This document shows positions 28,772 to 43,800 of a stretch of DNA of 64,000 nt, in pieces. Each line of letters opens with the position of its first letter. Position 1 is the first letter of the stretch. The notes under the pieces are model-generated. The model saw only the letters and a list, made by a program, of their open reading frames with translations, was not told the origin of the DNA and did not search any database. The position numbers and the translations under genes are program-made. The DNA comes from Nitrosopumilus sp. (GTDB lineage Archaea; Thermoproteota; Nitrososphaeria; Nitrososphaerales; Nitrosopumilaceae): NCBI GenBank assembly GCA_965224195.1, contig OZ245040.1:768001-832000 (forward strand). The letters run 5' to 3'.

Positions 28772-29645
28772 ATGCATTATCCAGATTTGTTTCAGTCAGG
28801 TCAAATAGATCTAGAAAATTCAGAAAAACAATTTGAAGAAGAAGAATACATGCTGTCAGCATTTTTAGCACAACAAGCACCTAGAAAAACATGTTAAGAC
28901 ATATCTATTAAAAAATGATATTTTTGATAACATCAAAAAGTTGGGACATTTACCCATATCTGCAATGATCAATAGACTCATGGATCATTATGAAGAAACA
29001 ACCAATAAACCAGGTGGATTATACAGTGAAAGTTCCATGAAACTTTTTGAGCATATCTCAGAATATTTGTTAAAACTGGAGAGAGAAGACAGTCTAAAAA
29101 TCATCACATGGAAAAAATCACTTGGAATTCCTTTGACTAAGGATGAATCAAATAAAGAACAAGGATCATCTGTTAAATTTGATCAAATTGCTTCTGAATT
29201 AGAAACATCCATGCCAGATTTAGCTAGTCAACTTAAAAATCAAGCACAACTTGATCAACTGAACCAAGGTGATACATCACAATTAGATGATAAAGTACAG
29301 TCACTCATAAAATACTTAAACAAAACTTATGATGTACTTGCAAAAAAATCTACATTCACATGTGAAGATATCGAACACATAATTCATGATATAGGGTATG
29401 GTTCTGGAAAAAATTCGTTAGCAGAAATTGACACAAACAAAATTAAAGAATTCATAAAAATTTTCAAATCTCTACAATGGATGAATGAAATAATGAATTC
29501 ATATCCACATCAAACATTAGCAAGATATCCTTTTAAAATTGATGGTAAAACAAATCATGATTGGTATATCGAATACAAAGATAATCTTAAAGAATTAATC
29601 ACTAAAATAAAAACTACATGTGAAGATATACGTAAAACAGAATAA
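28772..29645 (+). pseudogene. HEPN-domain protein, frameshifted
   Basis: ATG 28772: DLENSEKQF..EYMLSAFLAQQA / LEKHVKTYL..KLGH, and C-terminal ARYP; extra C at ~28880. Confidence 0.7.
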
Positions 29646-30164
29646 TTTTAAAAAAATAAACCTGTAATTGTAAGGCATACAACCAAAGAATTTTTAAAAC
29701 CATATGACCAAAAGGCAAAGCATATGGGATGGTCACTATCAGGGATAAAAACAATACAAATGCAACGCTGCATATCATAGCGTCTGATACGTTAGCAAAC
29801 ATATGCAACCGCATCTGAATCTGCTGCTGCATGTGCCTTTTATGAAAACCATTTCTGTCTGATGCGCAAAAGTCATGCCCCAGTACATTGCACAGACGTC
29901 CATCCAAAATAGTTAAATCACGCATACGGATCATCCCAAGACATGATGTGTGATATATGCCAAAAGGAGATAGGCGGGGAAGCACTGCAATTTTACATCC
30001 ACCTTACTAACAAGAAGGATGGCATGCATAATCTGCCAAAACAAGAAGTAAAAAAGATTATGAAGCGCAAGTTTCCCAATGATCCATTCACTAAAAACTT
30101 ATGACTGCAGTACGTAAAACAGTCTGGAGTTGTACTTTCTGCTCCACATTATGAATGCACTATA

Positions 30165-30566
30165 TTGGACAAGCTTGATGCAAAGATTGAAAGAGAATTT
30201 TCATTATCTTATGTTGGCGACAAGTACAAACAGACTGCAGGCGGGCTCTGCTCAAGCCATTTGATATCAGAAAAGTGCCAAGACATGCAGCAGAGAAGCA
30301 ATGTCATCTATCTATTCTGCCCCCCCGCATTAGATGCCAGATCATGGACTGCCGGTATAATTTTTTTTGGAAGCAATGTCATCTATCTATTCTGCCCCCC
30401 CGCATTAGATGCTTTTGATTGCATTAGACCATGGACCATATGGATTGTGCCCTCGCCGTCAAGCAAGCTGCAAAACCCGGAGATACTTGATGCAATGAAA
30501 CTGGAGGAAGCAAAGGCAATGAGCTATTTGCAGCATACAGTACGCGCAGACATGTCGCGCAAATGA
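30165..30566 (+). pseudogene. Degenerate ORF with 43-bp internal duplication
   Basis: 30295-30337 is identical to 30370-30412 (SNVIYLFCPPALDA twice). Confidence 0.45.
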
Positions 30567-30693
30567 TATCCCGTATTTTTTGAATGTTATGTTATCTGAT
30601 ACTTTGGTCAAAACTAGGCCGGATTTTCAACTGATGGTAAATTCGGGTGGACAGAGTGGTTCAGTTAGGGTGATGGTAAAATTATTGGCATGA

Positions 30694-31143
30694 TCATTTT
30701 TTATCATCATCTAATAATTTTTTCAAACCATAGCCTGCTATGACTGATAATACCCCTACAATGGCAAGTCCAAATGCATGTGTTGGATTATCTGGTTTTT
30801 TGATTTTTCTGTCCAAGCATGTGTTTGGTATTGGATTTATAATATCATATTCAATTTTTGCTTTGCGTAAAACTTTTTCTGTTTCTTGATGTGCAGGATA
30901 ACTATGCTCTTGATTTAGATGTGCTGCAGGATATGCAGGTGGCGGTTCCATTTCTGATTCAATATTGCCATCAGGCATTACTTTGATATGATGTTGAAGT
31001 TTATCTTCAACTCTTAATGCGTAGCCATAAACCTGTCCGTGATTTTCTTGAAATCCATCTTTAAATCCTAAATCCAAAAGAATATCTTTAAACTCTTGAA
31101 TACTTTTAATAGAAAGGCATTTGCAATGATGTGGATCTTCCAT
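30694..31143 (-). CDS. Hypothetical protein with C-terminal TM anchor
   Basis: 149-aa ORF, His-rich, hydrophobic C-terminal helix. Confidence 0.65.
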   Translation of the reverse strand: MEDPHHCKCLSIKSIQEFKDILLDLGFKDGFQENHGQVYGYALRVEDKLQHHIKVMPDGNIESEMEPPPAYPAAHLNQEHSYPAHQETEKVLRKAKIEYDIINPIPNTCLDRKIKKPDNPTHAFGLAIVGVLSVIAGYGLKKLLDDDKK

Positions 31144-31495
31144 TAAACTGAATTAAATTCAGAGTTAATAAAACTGTTCACGTTTAAAAAAAATTCAAGA
31201 TAATAATTTCATCCAGCTACAAATGAGTGAAATCTTGATGACTTCTAGAAATTTTGCGGTGATGTCCTCAACTACAGGCATGCCAGGATTTTCAGAATGC
31301 ATCTGGCGTGCTGTAACACAATCATCAACAGCAAACCTGAACCGGTCTAAAAAACAACATATAGTGAGATTCCTGTAATCTGAAAAACTATCCGGATACG
31401 CCAGAGATTGACATTTGGAATACTGCATGTTCATAACAGATGCAACAGCACCTGCAATCTCAAAGTCTTTGCCACCAACAGATGCAAAAATAGCA

Positions 31496-31596
31496 GCAGA
31501 TACAGTCTCGTAAATATATGCCGTATAATTTTGAAACTCTGCACCGCATGCAGAAACGCATTACCAAGTCATTTATTTTTTTATTATGAATGTCAT
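31496..31596. repeat. 101-bp direct repeat, partner at 47735-47835
   Basis: GCAGATACAGTCTCGTAAATATATGCCG...GAATGTCAT is near-identical at both sites. Confidence 0.9.
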
Positions 31597-31815
31597 TGCA
31601 ATGCGGCATTTATTTGCAAACCCGTCACAGTTCAATTGTGACAGTCTGCTGTTTCATATGCGCTTATGCCTTGCCCTGGATTGGGCAGCATATGCTCCAG
31701 TGTAAAATACTGAACGCTTGGACTGTTGTTCCAGTCCACCTTTCAAGAATTTAAGACAAGCCCCGACAATCTGGCAGAACCCAAGAATAGGAACTATTAT
31801 TTACTGTAAAAATTA

Positions 31816-34800
31816 GTGTTTGATGTGAACTGCCCTTATTTTTTTATCCTTGGCATAATTACATTGGCTCTAGTCGGCGGAGTCTCATCTGTGGCATATG
31901 CTGACAATGCTGATGCTGCCGGCGACATCCTAGTTGCAGACTCGGGCAACCACCGCATCCAGGTGTTCAATCCTGACCATTCCTTCAAGTTCCAGTTTGG
32001 CAGTTCCGGCTCTGGTGACGGCCAGTTTAATACGCCCTGGAGCACGGCAATAGCACAAAACGGCGACATACTGGTAGTAGATCAGGGCAACCACCGCATC
32101 CAGATATTCAACTCTGATGGCACATACAAGGCAAAGATTGGCAGCAGCACTTCTGGTGCTGCAGGCAGTAGTAGTGCCAACGGCGAGTTTGACAGCCCCC
32201 GAAGCATAACTATAACATCAGGCGGCGACATTCTAGTTGCAGACACGGGCAACAACCGCATCCAGGTGTTCAATCCTGACTATTCCTACAAGTCCAAGTT
32301 TGGCAGTACAGGCAGCGGCAACGGCCAGCTCAACTCTCCTCGTGCTATAACGGTAGCAGCATCAAGCGGCGACATTCTAGTTTCAGATTATCTCAACAAA
32401 CGCATTCATATTTTTGACTCTAGCTATGCCTACAAGGCAAAGTTTGATAATAAACCAATTCTGTTTTTACCCGCATCAGGTGCCAGTGCCATAGCAGTAG
32501 GGGCTGATGGCGATATCCTCGCTAGTACGGACTATAAGAATATCGCTGTTTATGACTCTGCCACCTACGCCGTAAAATCAGTCTTTGCTAGTACCGTCAA
32601 CCAGATTCGTGGCGTCACTCACGGCATAGCTGTCGCTCTAAATGGTGACATTCTCTTTACAGATTCAGGAATACACCACGTACAGGTATTCGGCTCTGAC
32701 TATGCCTACAAGGCAGTTTTTGGCAGCTCAGGCTCTGGTGACGGCCAGTTTAACACCCCTTACGGCATAACAGTCGTCACTGTTGACAATACCCCGCCAA
32801 AATTTGATTCAGCCGCACTGGATGAGGAAACCGGAGTCTTGGCAATAACTTTTAATGAGATAATTGCAAACGAGGGCTTGTCTACTGCCCCCTTTGACCT
32901 ATCCAAACTGTTCATCAGTGAGTCGGGAAGTGCCAGCGGCAGCAGCGGCGTTCAACTGAGCGGTGCCAGCATTGAAACTGTCGGCAACAGCACCTCCATA
33001 GAGATCAAGCTGACCGAGGATCAAAGGCAGTCAGTCATTTTATTGACTGTCCCGGAACTGGACATCCTAGAAGCGGCAGTATTTGATGTTTCAGGCAATC
33101 AAATAGTTGCAGCACCAGACAATGTCATTGTAGTAACTGCCGATAATACCCCGCCAAAATTTCGTTCAGCAACACTAGATGAGGAAACCGGAGTCCTGGC
33201 AATAACTTTTGATGAGATAATAGCTGCCTCAGGCTTTGACTTGTCTATTGCCGCACATGAACGCGCTCTCTCAGTATCCTCACAGGACGCAAGTTTAGAA
33301 GGCGTGGCATTTAGCACAGATGGAACAAAGATGTTTGTTGTAGGTTATTCCAGTGAGAATATCTACGAGTACACATTAACTGCCCCCTTTGACATATCAG
33401 ATTCCACCCACACTGACACTTTCTCAGTAAGTTTACAGGACACGGATCCAAAAGATGTAGCATTTAGCACAGATGGAACAAAGATGTTTGTTGTAGGTTA
33501 TGCCAGTGAAAAAATCTACGAGTACACATTAACTGCCCCCTTTAACATATCTGCCCCCAACCACACTGACACTTTCTCAGTAGGTTTACAGGACGGCTCT
33601 CTAGAAGGTATGGCATTCAACCCAGCTGGAACAAAGATGTTTGTTGTAAGTACTAGTAATGATAATGTCAGCGAGTACACATTAACTGCCCCCTTTAACA
33701 TATCTGCCCCCATCCATGCAGGCACTTTCTCAGTATCTTCACAGGACACATCTCCGACAGATGTGGCATTCAACCCTGCTGGAACAAAGATGTTTGTTGT
33801 AGGTACTAGTAATGATAATGTCAACGAGTACACATTAACTGCCCCCTTTAACATATCTGCCCCCATCCATGCAGGCACTTTCTCAGTAGCTTTACAGGAG
33901 GATTCTCCAAGAGGCGTGGCATTCAACCCTGCTGGAACAAAGATGTTTGTTGTAGGTACTGGCAGTTATAATGTCAACGAGTATACATTAGCCACTCCAG
34001 CTTACCTGTCCAAACTGTTCATCAGCGAGTCGGGAAGTGCCAGCGGCAGCAGCAGCGGCGTTCAACTGAGCGGTGCCAGCATTGAAACTGTCGGCAACAG
34101 CATCTCCATAGAGATCAAGATGACCGAGGATCAAAGGCAGTCAGTCATTTTATTGACTACTCCAGAACTGGACATCCTAGAAGCGGCAGTATTTGATGTT
34201 TCAGGCAATCAAATAGTTGCAGCACCAGACAATGTCATTGTAGTAACTAACAGTGTACAGCCGCCACCACTTGCTGCTCCAACTGGCCTTTTATGGTCAG
34301 TATCTGGCACCACAGCTACCCTCATTTGGACTGCACCTGCAATACCTGCCAATTTATTCTATGATATTAGTAACGTATCCTATATCGTGAATGTCACTGA
34401 TGTTGCTGCTGGCACCACCGTACCGTATACCATATCTGACAGCACCATCACCACGTATGCGGTAACAAACCTGACACCGGGCAAATCTTATCAGATAACC
34501 GTAAAGGCACAAGCCTTGTTGACAGATTTACCCGTTCTGAACTCCCCACATACTGCAGTTGTATCCTTTGCTGTGCCTGCTGTGTCACCAGTGCCATCAT
34601 CACAACCATCTGCTGACAATACCCCGCCAAAATTAAAGTCAGCCGCACTAAATGAGAGAACCGGAGTCTTGGCAGTAACTTTTGATGAGATAATTGCAAA
34701 CGAGGACTTTGACTTGTCTACTGCTGACTATACAGACAACTCTTTCTCAGTATCTTCACAGGACACGTCTCCACAAGGCGTGGCATTTAACCCGGCTGGA

Positions 34801-37800
34801 ACAAAGATGTTTGTTGCAGGTGCCAGCAGTGGTGCCATCCACGAGTACACATTAACTGCCCCCTTTGACATGTCCAATTTCTCCCATGAACGACATTTCT
34901 CAGTATCTTCACAGGACACGCTTCCAACAGATGTGGAATTTAGCACAGACGGAACAAAGATGTTTGTTGTGGGTGCCAGCAGCAAGAATATCTACGAGTA
35001 CACATTAACTACTCCCTTTAACCTGGATACTGCCTCCTATACAAACAGCTCTTTCTCAGTATCTTCACAGGAGAGGTCTCCGACAGGCGTGGCATTTAGC
35101 ACAGACGGAACAAAGATGTTTGTTGTAGGTCTTCGTGACAATGTCAACGAGTACACATTAACTGCCCCCTTTGACATATCTGCCCCCTCTCACACCGACA
35201 CTTTCTCAGTATCTTCACAGGACACGTCTCCACAAGATGTGACATTCAACCCAGACGGAACAAGGATGTTTGTTACAGGTACCAGCAGTGATGCCATCCA
35301 CAAGTACGCATTAACTGCCCCCTTTGACATATCTGCTCCCATCCATGCAGACAACTCTTTCTCAGTAGCTTTACAGGAAAGGGATCCGACAGGCGTGGCA
35401 TTTAGCACAGACGGAACAAAGATGTTTGTTGTAGGTCTTGGCAGTGACAGTATCCACGAGTACGCATTAACCAATCCAGTTGATTTATCTAAACTGCTCA
35501 TCAGTGAGTCGGGAAGTGCCAGCGGCAGCGGCGTTCAACTGAGCGGTGCCAGCATTGAAACTGTCGGCAACAGTGATTTCATAGAGATTGAGCTGACCGA
35601 GGATCAAAGGCTGACAGTCATTGCATTAAATACCCCAGAACTGGACATCCTAGAAGCGGCAGTATTTGATGTTTCAGGCAATCAAATAGTTGCAGCACCA
35701 GACAATGTCATTGTAGTAATTGACAGCACCCCGCCAACATTTGAGTCAGCCACACTAAATGAGAGAACCGGAGTCTTGGCAGTAACTTTTGATGAGATAA
35801 TTGCAAACGAGGGCTTTGATCTGTCTACTGCCTTCTATACATCACGCTCCTTCTCAGTAGGTATGCAGGAAACGAATCCAACAGGCATGGCATTTAGCAC
35901 AGACGGAACAAAGATGTTTGTTGTAGGTGTTGGCAGCGAGAGTATACGCGAGTACGCACTGTCTGCCCCCTTTGACATATCTAACCCCACCTATACAGAC
36001 AACTCTTTCTCAGTAGCTTTACAGGAAAGGGATCCGTCAGGCGTGGCATTTAGCACAGACGGAACAAAGATGTTTGTTGTAGGTACTGGCAGTGGGAATA
36101 TCAACGAGTACGCATTAACTGCCCCCTTTGACATATCTGCTCCCATCCATGCAGACAACTCTTTCTCAGTATCTTCACAGGACACGTCTCCACAAGATGT
36201 GACATTCAACCCAGCTGGAACAAAGATGTTTGTTGCAGGTGCTGCTGGTGATGCCATCTACGAGTACGCATTAACTGCCCCCTTTGACATATCTAACCCC
36301 ACCTATACAGACAACCCTTTCTCAGTAGCTTCACAGGACACGTCTCCGTCAGGTGTGGCATTCAACCCAGCTGGAACAAAGATGTTTGTTGCAGACATGA
36401 CTGGCCTGGCTATCAACGAGTACACGCTGTCTGCCCCCTTTGACATATCTGATCCCTCTCACACCGACACTTTCTCAGTATCTTCACAGGACGAGTATCC
36501 AGAAGGCATGGCATTTAACCCAGCTGGAACAAAGATGTTTGTTGTAGGTGCTGACAATTGGAGTATCTACGAGTACGCATTAACCACTCCAGTTGACCTA
36601 TCCAAACTGTTCATCAGTGAGTCAGAAAGTGCCAATGATATTTCACTGACTGGTGCCAGAATTGCAACTGTAGGCAACAGTGATTCCATAGAGATTGAGC
36701 TAACCGAACCCCAAAGGCAGTCAGTCATTGCATTGATTACTCCGGAACTGGACATCCTGGCAGGAGCTGTATCTGATGTTTCAGGCAACGCAATAGTTCT
36801 GGCATCAGACAACCACATTGCAGTAACTGCCGATAATACCCCGCCAACATTTCGTTCAGCCGCACTAAATGAGGAAACCGGAGTTCTGGCAGTAACCTGG
36901 GATGAAACAATAACGGACTTTGATCTGTCTACTGCCTTCTATACATCACGCTCCTTCTCAGTATCTTCACAGGACACGTCTCCGTCAGGCGTGGCATTCA
37001 ACCCAGACGGAACAAGAATGTTTGTTGCAGGTGCCAGCAGTGATGCCATCCACGAGTACGAATTATCTGCCCCCTTTGACATATCTGCCCCCTCCTTTGT
37101 ACGGGACTTTTCAGTACTTGGACAGGACTATGCTCCAACAGATGTGGCATTCAACCCAGCTGGAACAAAGATGTTTGTTACAGGTCTTATTGGTGACAAT
37201 GTCTACGAGTACACGCTGTCTGCCCCCTTTGACATATCCCATACTACTACTACCCATACAGGCACTTTCTCAGTATCTGCACATGAAACGAATCCAAGAG
37301 GCATGGCATTTAGCACAGATGGAACAAAGATGTTTGTTACAGGCACCAGCAGTGACAGCATACACGAGTACGCACTGTCTGCCCCCTTTGACATATCTGC
37401 CCCCATCCATGCAGGCACCTTCCCAGTATCCGAACAGGACACCAGTCCAGCAGACGTGGCATTTAGCACAGACGGAACAAGGATGTTTGTTGCAGGCATG
37501 AACAGTGGTGCCATCCACGAGTACGCATTAACTGCCCCCTTTGACATATCTGATCCCTTCCATGCAGACAACTCTTTCTCAGTATCTTCACAGGACACGT
37601 CTCCAAGAGGCGTGGCATTCAACCCGGCTGGAACAAGGATGTTTGTTGCAGGTGCTGACAGTGGCAGTATCTACGAGTATGCATTAGAGAATGCCTCCCC
37701 CACTGATTTATCAAAACTGCTCATCAGCGAGTCAGGAAGTGCCAGCGGCAGCGGCGTTCAACTGAGCGGCGCCAGCATTGCAACTGTAGGCAACAGTGAT

Positions 37801-40800
37801 TTCATAGAAATTCAGCTAACCGAATCCCAAAGGCTGTCAGTCATTGCACTGACTACCCCAGAACTGGACATCCTGGCAGGAGCTGTATCTGATGTTTCAG
37901 GCAATCAAATAGGTGCAGCACCAAACAACCCCATTGCAGTGACTGCCGATAATACCCCTCCAAAATTTGAGTCAGCCACGTTAGATGAGGGAACAGGAGT
38001 CCTAACAATATCTTGGGATGAGACAGTAGACAACATGTCAACTGGTGATGTAGATTTATTAAAACTGCTCATCAGTGAGTCGGGAAGTGGCAGCGGCAGC
38101 GGCGTTCAACTGAGCGGCGCCAGCATTGCAACTGTCGGCAACAGTGATTTCATAGAGATTGAGCTGACCGAACCCCAAAGGGAATCAGTCATTGCACTGA
38201 CTACCCCAGAACTGGACATCCTGGCAGGAGCTGTATCTGATGTTTCAGGCAATCAAATAGGTGCAGCACCAAACAACCCCATTGCAGTGACTGCCGATAA
38301 TACCCCTCCAAAATTTGAGTCAGCCACGTTAGATGAGGGAACAGGAGTTTTGGCAGTAACCTGGGATGAAACAATAGCAAACGAGGGCTTTGACATATCC
38401 ACTGCCGCCCATGCAGGCTCTTTCTCAGTATCTTCACAGGACACGTCTCCACAAGGCGTGGCATTCAACCCAGACGGAACAAAGATGTTTGTTGCAGATG
38501 CTGACAGTAATGCCATCTACGAGTACGAATTATCTGTCCCCTTTGACATATCCAGCCTCTCCTCCCTCCATACAGGCTATTTCTCAGTATTTTTACAGGA
38601 CGACAGTCCAACAGGCGTGGCATTTAACCCGGCTGGAACAAAGATGTTTGTTGCAGGTGCTACCAGCAGTGATGCCATCCACGAGTACAAATTATCTGAC
38701 CCCTTTAGCGTATCTACTGCCTTCTATACACGCTCCTTCTCAGTATCCGACCAGGAAAGGGATCCAAGAGACGTGGCATTTAACCCGGCTGGAACAAAGA
38801 TGTTTGTTGCAGGTGCTGACAGTAATGCCATCCACGAGTACGCACTGTCTGACCCCTTTGACGTGTCCAGTTCTTCACATACACGCTCCTTCTCAGTATC
38901 TTCACAGGACAGGTTTCCAACAGGCGTGGCATTTAACTCAGATGGAACAAGGATGTTTGTTGCAGGCATGACTGGCCTGGCTATCAACGAGTACACGCTG
39001 TCTGCCCCCTTTGACATATCTGCCCCCATCCATGCAGACAACTCTTTCTCAGTAGCTTCACATACAACGAGTCCAACAGGCGTGGCATTCAACCCTGCCG
39101 GAACAAAGATGTTTGTTGTAGGTGCTGCTGGCACCGGCAGTATCCACGTGTACGCATTAACCACTCCAGTTGATTTATCTAAACTGCTCATCAGTGAGTC
39201 GGGAAGTGCCAGCGGCAGCGGCGTTCAACTGAGCGGTGCCAGCATTGAAACTGTCGGCAGCAGTACTTCAATAGAGATCAAGCTTACTGCACTCCAATTA
39301 CAGTCAGCCCTTGCATTGGATACCCCAGAACTGGACATCCTAGAAGCAGCAGTATTTGATGATTCAGGCAACGCAATAGCTGCGGCACTAAACAATGTCA
39401 TTGAAGTAACTAACAATGTAGTGCCGCCACTACTTGATGCGCCAACTGACCTTTCAGTGGCAGTATCTGGCACCACAGCTACCATCACTTGGACTGCACC
39501 TGCAATATCTGCCAATTCATTCTATGACATTAGTGACGTATCCTATATCGTGTATGTCGTTGATGTTGCTGCTGGTAGCGCCGTACAGTATACCATATCT
39601 GATGGCACCATCACCACGTATACGGCAACAAACCTGACACCTGACAAATCTTATCAGGTAACCGTAAAGGCACAAGCCTTGTTGACAGATTTAACCATTC
39701 TATCCTCCCAACCTACCGCAGCTGTATCCTTTGCTGTGTCTGAACCACCATCACTTGATGCGCCAACTAACCTTTTAGTCAATGTCATAAACGGCACCAC
39801 AGCTACTATCACTTGGACTGCACCTACAGTGGATGCCAATTCATTCTATACTATTGATGATATATCATATACCGTGGAGGTCTATAATCCTGGTATCTAT
39901 GATCGTATATCTGAACACGACGGTCGTACGACTGACACCTCATATACGATAACAGGCCTGACATCAGGTGAGTCATACCGCATAGTTGTATATGCAGTTG
40001 TCACTGTAGCAAACTATGATAGTTTAGAGTCTTTTGAACATGTCCTCTTTAATATGCCTGTTGACAGCATCCCGCCAAAATTAGAGTCAGCCGCACTAAA
40101 TAAGGGAACAGGAGTCTTGGCAGTAACTTTTGATGAGATAATAACAAACGAGGGCTTTGACTTGTCTACTGCCGTCCATACAGACAGATCTTTCTCAGTA
40201 GGTACGCAGGAAACTAGTCCAACAGGCATGGCATTTAGCACAGATGGAATAAAGATGTTTGTTGCAGGTGCTGCTGGTAAGGATATCAACGAGTACACAC
40301 TGTCTGACCCCTTTGACGTATCTACTCTCACCTTTGTAGTAGATCCTTTCTCAGTATCTGCACAGGATGCAACTCCGGCAGATGTAGCATTTAACACAGA
40401 CGGAACAAAGATGTTTGTTGTAGGTAATGCTGGTGGAGAGATCCACGAGTACGCATTATCTGACCCCTTTGACGTATCCTCCTCCGTCTTTGCAGATGAC
40501 TCTTTCTCAGTATCTGACCGGGTAGCTAGTCCAACAGGCATGGCATTTAGCACAGATGGAACAAAGATGTTTGTTATAAGTGCTCAACATGATCGTGTCT
40601 ACGAGTATGCATTATCTGACCCCTTTGACGTATCCTCCTCCGTCTTTGCAGATGTCTCTTTCTCAGTATCTGACCAGGATACAACTCCGGCAGATGTAGC
40701 ATTTAACACAGATGGAACAAAGATGTTTGTTGTAGGTAATGCTGGTGATGCCATCCACGAGTACGCCCTGTCTGCCCCCTTTGACATATCTGCCCCCACC

Positions 40801-43800
40801 CATGCAGGCACTTTCTCAGTAGCTTTACAGGAGGATTCTCCAAGAGGCGTGGCATTCAACCCTGCTGGAACAAAGATGTTTGTTGTAGGTAATGCTGGTG
40901 GAGAAATCCACGAGTACGCATTGGCTTCCTCTCTTGATCTATCCAAATTATTCATCAGTGAGTCGGGAAGTGCCAGCGGCAGCGGCGTTCAACTGAGCGG
41001 TGCCAGCATTGAAACTGTCGGCAGCAGTACTTCAATAGAGATCAAGCTTACTGCACTCCAATTACAGTCAGCCCTTGCATTGGATACCCCACAACTGGAC
41101 ATCCTGAAAGGAGCAGTATCTGATGTTTCAGGCAATCAAATAGGTGCAGCACCAAACAATGTCATTGAAGTAACTAGCAATGTAGTGCCGCCACTAGATG
41201 CGCCAACTGACCTTTCAGTGGCAGTATCTGGCACCACAGCTACCATCACCTGGACTGCACCTGCAATATCTGCCAATTCATTCTATGACATTAGTGACGT
41301 ATCCTATATCGTGAATGTTACTGATGTTGCTGCTGATAGCGTCGTACAGTATACCATATCTGATGGCACCACTACCACACATACGGCAACAAACCTGACA
41401 CCTGACACATCTTATCAGGTAACCGTAGAGGCACAAGCCTTGTTGTCAGATTCAACCATTCTATCCTCCCAACCTACCGCAGCTGTATCCTTTGCTGTGT
41501 CTGAACCACCATCACTTGATGCGCCAACTAACCTTTTAGTCAATGTCATAAACGGCACCACAGCTACTATCACTTGGACTGCACCTACAGTGGATATCAA
41601 TGACTTCTATACCATTAATGATGTGACTTATCAAGTGAATGTATTTGATTCTATCAATGCTCCTACTGCATCAAGTCGTTCTATAACTGACACCTCATAT
41701 ACGGCAACAGGCCTGACACCGGGTGAGTCATACAACGTATTTGTATCTGCAGATGCCGCCGTTGGATCAAGCTATATTGTGCAATCAGTTGGGGTATCTG
41801 CCCCCTTTGATATGCCTGCAGCAGATGCTATAGTTCCTGCACCAGTTGTTGTAACAGTAAATGCTGCAATGTATAACAGCACTGCAATCTTACTGACATG
41901 GACCCAGCCGCCATCATTAGAGGTAACTGGCTATAATTTATCATGGGTATCAACTGATGCTAATGGTTTCCCACATACTAGTGATAACATATCACTTGAC
42001 GTTGTAATGGGTGATACATTAGAATCCCACATATTTAATAATGTTAATCCTGGAGAGACATACTACTTTACATTGGATGTACTTTTCAATGTAGAAGGTT
42101 TTCCACAGCGTTTTGGCTCTTATGATGTGATATATACAGTACCTGTTGACAGCATCCCGCCAAAATTAGAGTTAGCCGCACTAAATGAGGGAACAAGAGT
42201 CTTGGCAATAACTTTTGATGAGATAATTGCAAACGAGGGCTTTGACATATCCACTGCCGCATATATAGACAATTTCCCAGTAGGTACACAGGACACTACT
42301 CCAGCAGGCATGGCATTTAACACAAATGGAACAAAGATGTTTGTTGCAGGCCTTGACACTAAGAGTATCTACGAGTACACATTAACTACTCCATTTGACG
42401 TATCCTCCTCCTCCTATATAGACCGCTCTTTCCCAGTATCCGATCCGGATTTGAATCCAAGAGATGTGGCATTTAACACAAATGGAACAAAGATGTTTGT
42501 TGTAGATTTTTCTGGTGGTGGTGTCTACGAGTATGCATTAACTACTCCATTTGACTTATCCACTGCCTCCTATGCAAACAGCTCTGTCTCAGTATCTTCA
42601 CAGGATGCAAATCCAACAGGTGTGGCATTTAACCCAGCTGGAACAAAGATGTTTGTTGTAGGTACTAATAATGATACTGTCTACGAGTATACATTAGGCA
42701 CTCCATTTGACTTATCCATTGCCGCCTATGCAAACAGCTCTTTCTTAGTATCTGATGAGGAAACGACTCCAACAGATGTGGCATTTAACACAGACGGAAC
42801 AAGGATGTTTGTTGCAGGCACCATCAGTGGTGCCATTCACGAGTATAAATTAACTGCCCCCTTTGACATATCTAATCCCTCCCATGCAGGCATCTTCCAA
42901 GTATCCAACCAGGATGAGTCTCCACATGGCGTGGCATTTAACACAGACGGAACAAAGATGTTTGTTGTAGGTGCCAGCAACAAAAATATCTACGAGTACA
43001 AATTAGCCACTCCAGTTGACCTATCCAAACTGTTCATCAGTGAGTCAGGAAGTGTTAATGAGATTTCACTGACTGGTGCCAGCATTGAAACTGTCGGCAA
43101 CAGTGCTTCAATAGAAATCAAGCTGACTGCACCTCAATTACAGTCAGCCCTTGAATTGACTACTCCAGAACTGGACATTATGCAGGCTGCAGTATCTGAT
43201 GTCTCAGACAATCAAATAGATGCAGCACCAAACAATCACATTACCATTATTACAGGAACTGGCCGTAGTTCTGGAGGAGGTAGCAGTAGCAGCAGTACCG
43301 AGTCCACTCCGCCTTCATTCCCCACCACCTCCTTTGATGGGAAAACTGACACCATATTCATCGGAACAGTGGGAATATCTCCAGAGCCATCCCGATTAGA
43401 TTACACACTAGACAACCCCGTCCTAGTACAGACAGGCCAATCAATCCCGATATCATTGACAATGCATGATAACATATCATGGGAGAGCATCTCTCATGTT
43501 GAGCTGTGTCTGAACAAGCAAATATCAAACAACCAAATATGTGACAGTGACACAAAACTAGTCTGGGACAAAAAATACAATGATGGCAACAACAACAATA
43601 ATAACAGCAACTCCCTGAAAATAATTGATCCAAACGGACTAATTGAGAATGCGTCTGTCAGTATTGCCAAAGTTGATGTACGCGTTGCAACATGGGACTA
43701 TTCTGTAACCTTTGGCAAAGCAATGGATACCTCTGACATTCAAATATATGCATGGGATGACAGGCGAAATGCCCTGACATTTACCATTCATAATGCCCTG

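Noticed and set aside
29614-30100. ORF 29614-29985 and neighbouring fragments
   Set aside because: No recognisable motifs; likely decayed sequence.
33250-43010. Diversity-generating retroelement acting on the propeller repeats
   Set aside because: No reverse transcriptase in the window, and differences between repeats are not adenine-specific.
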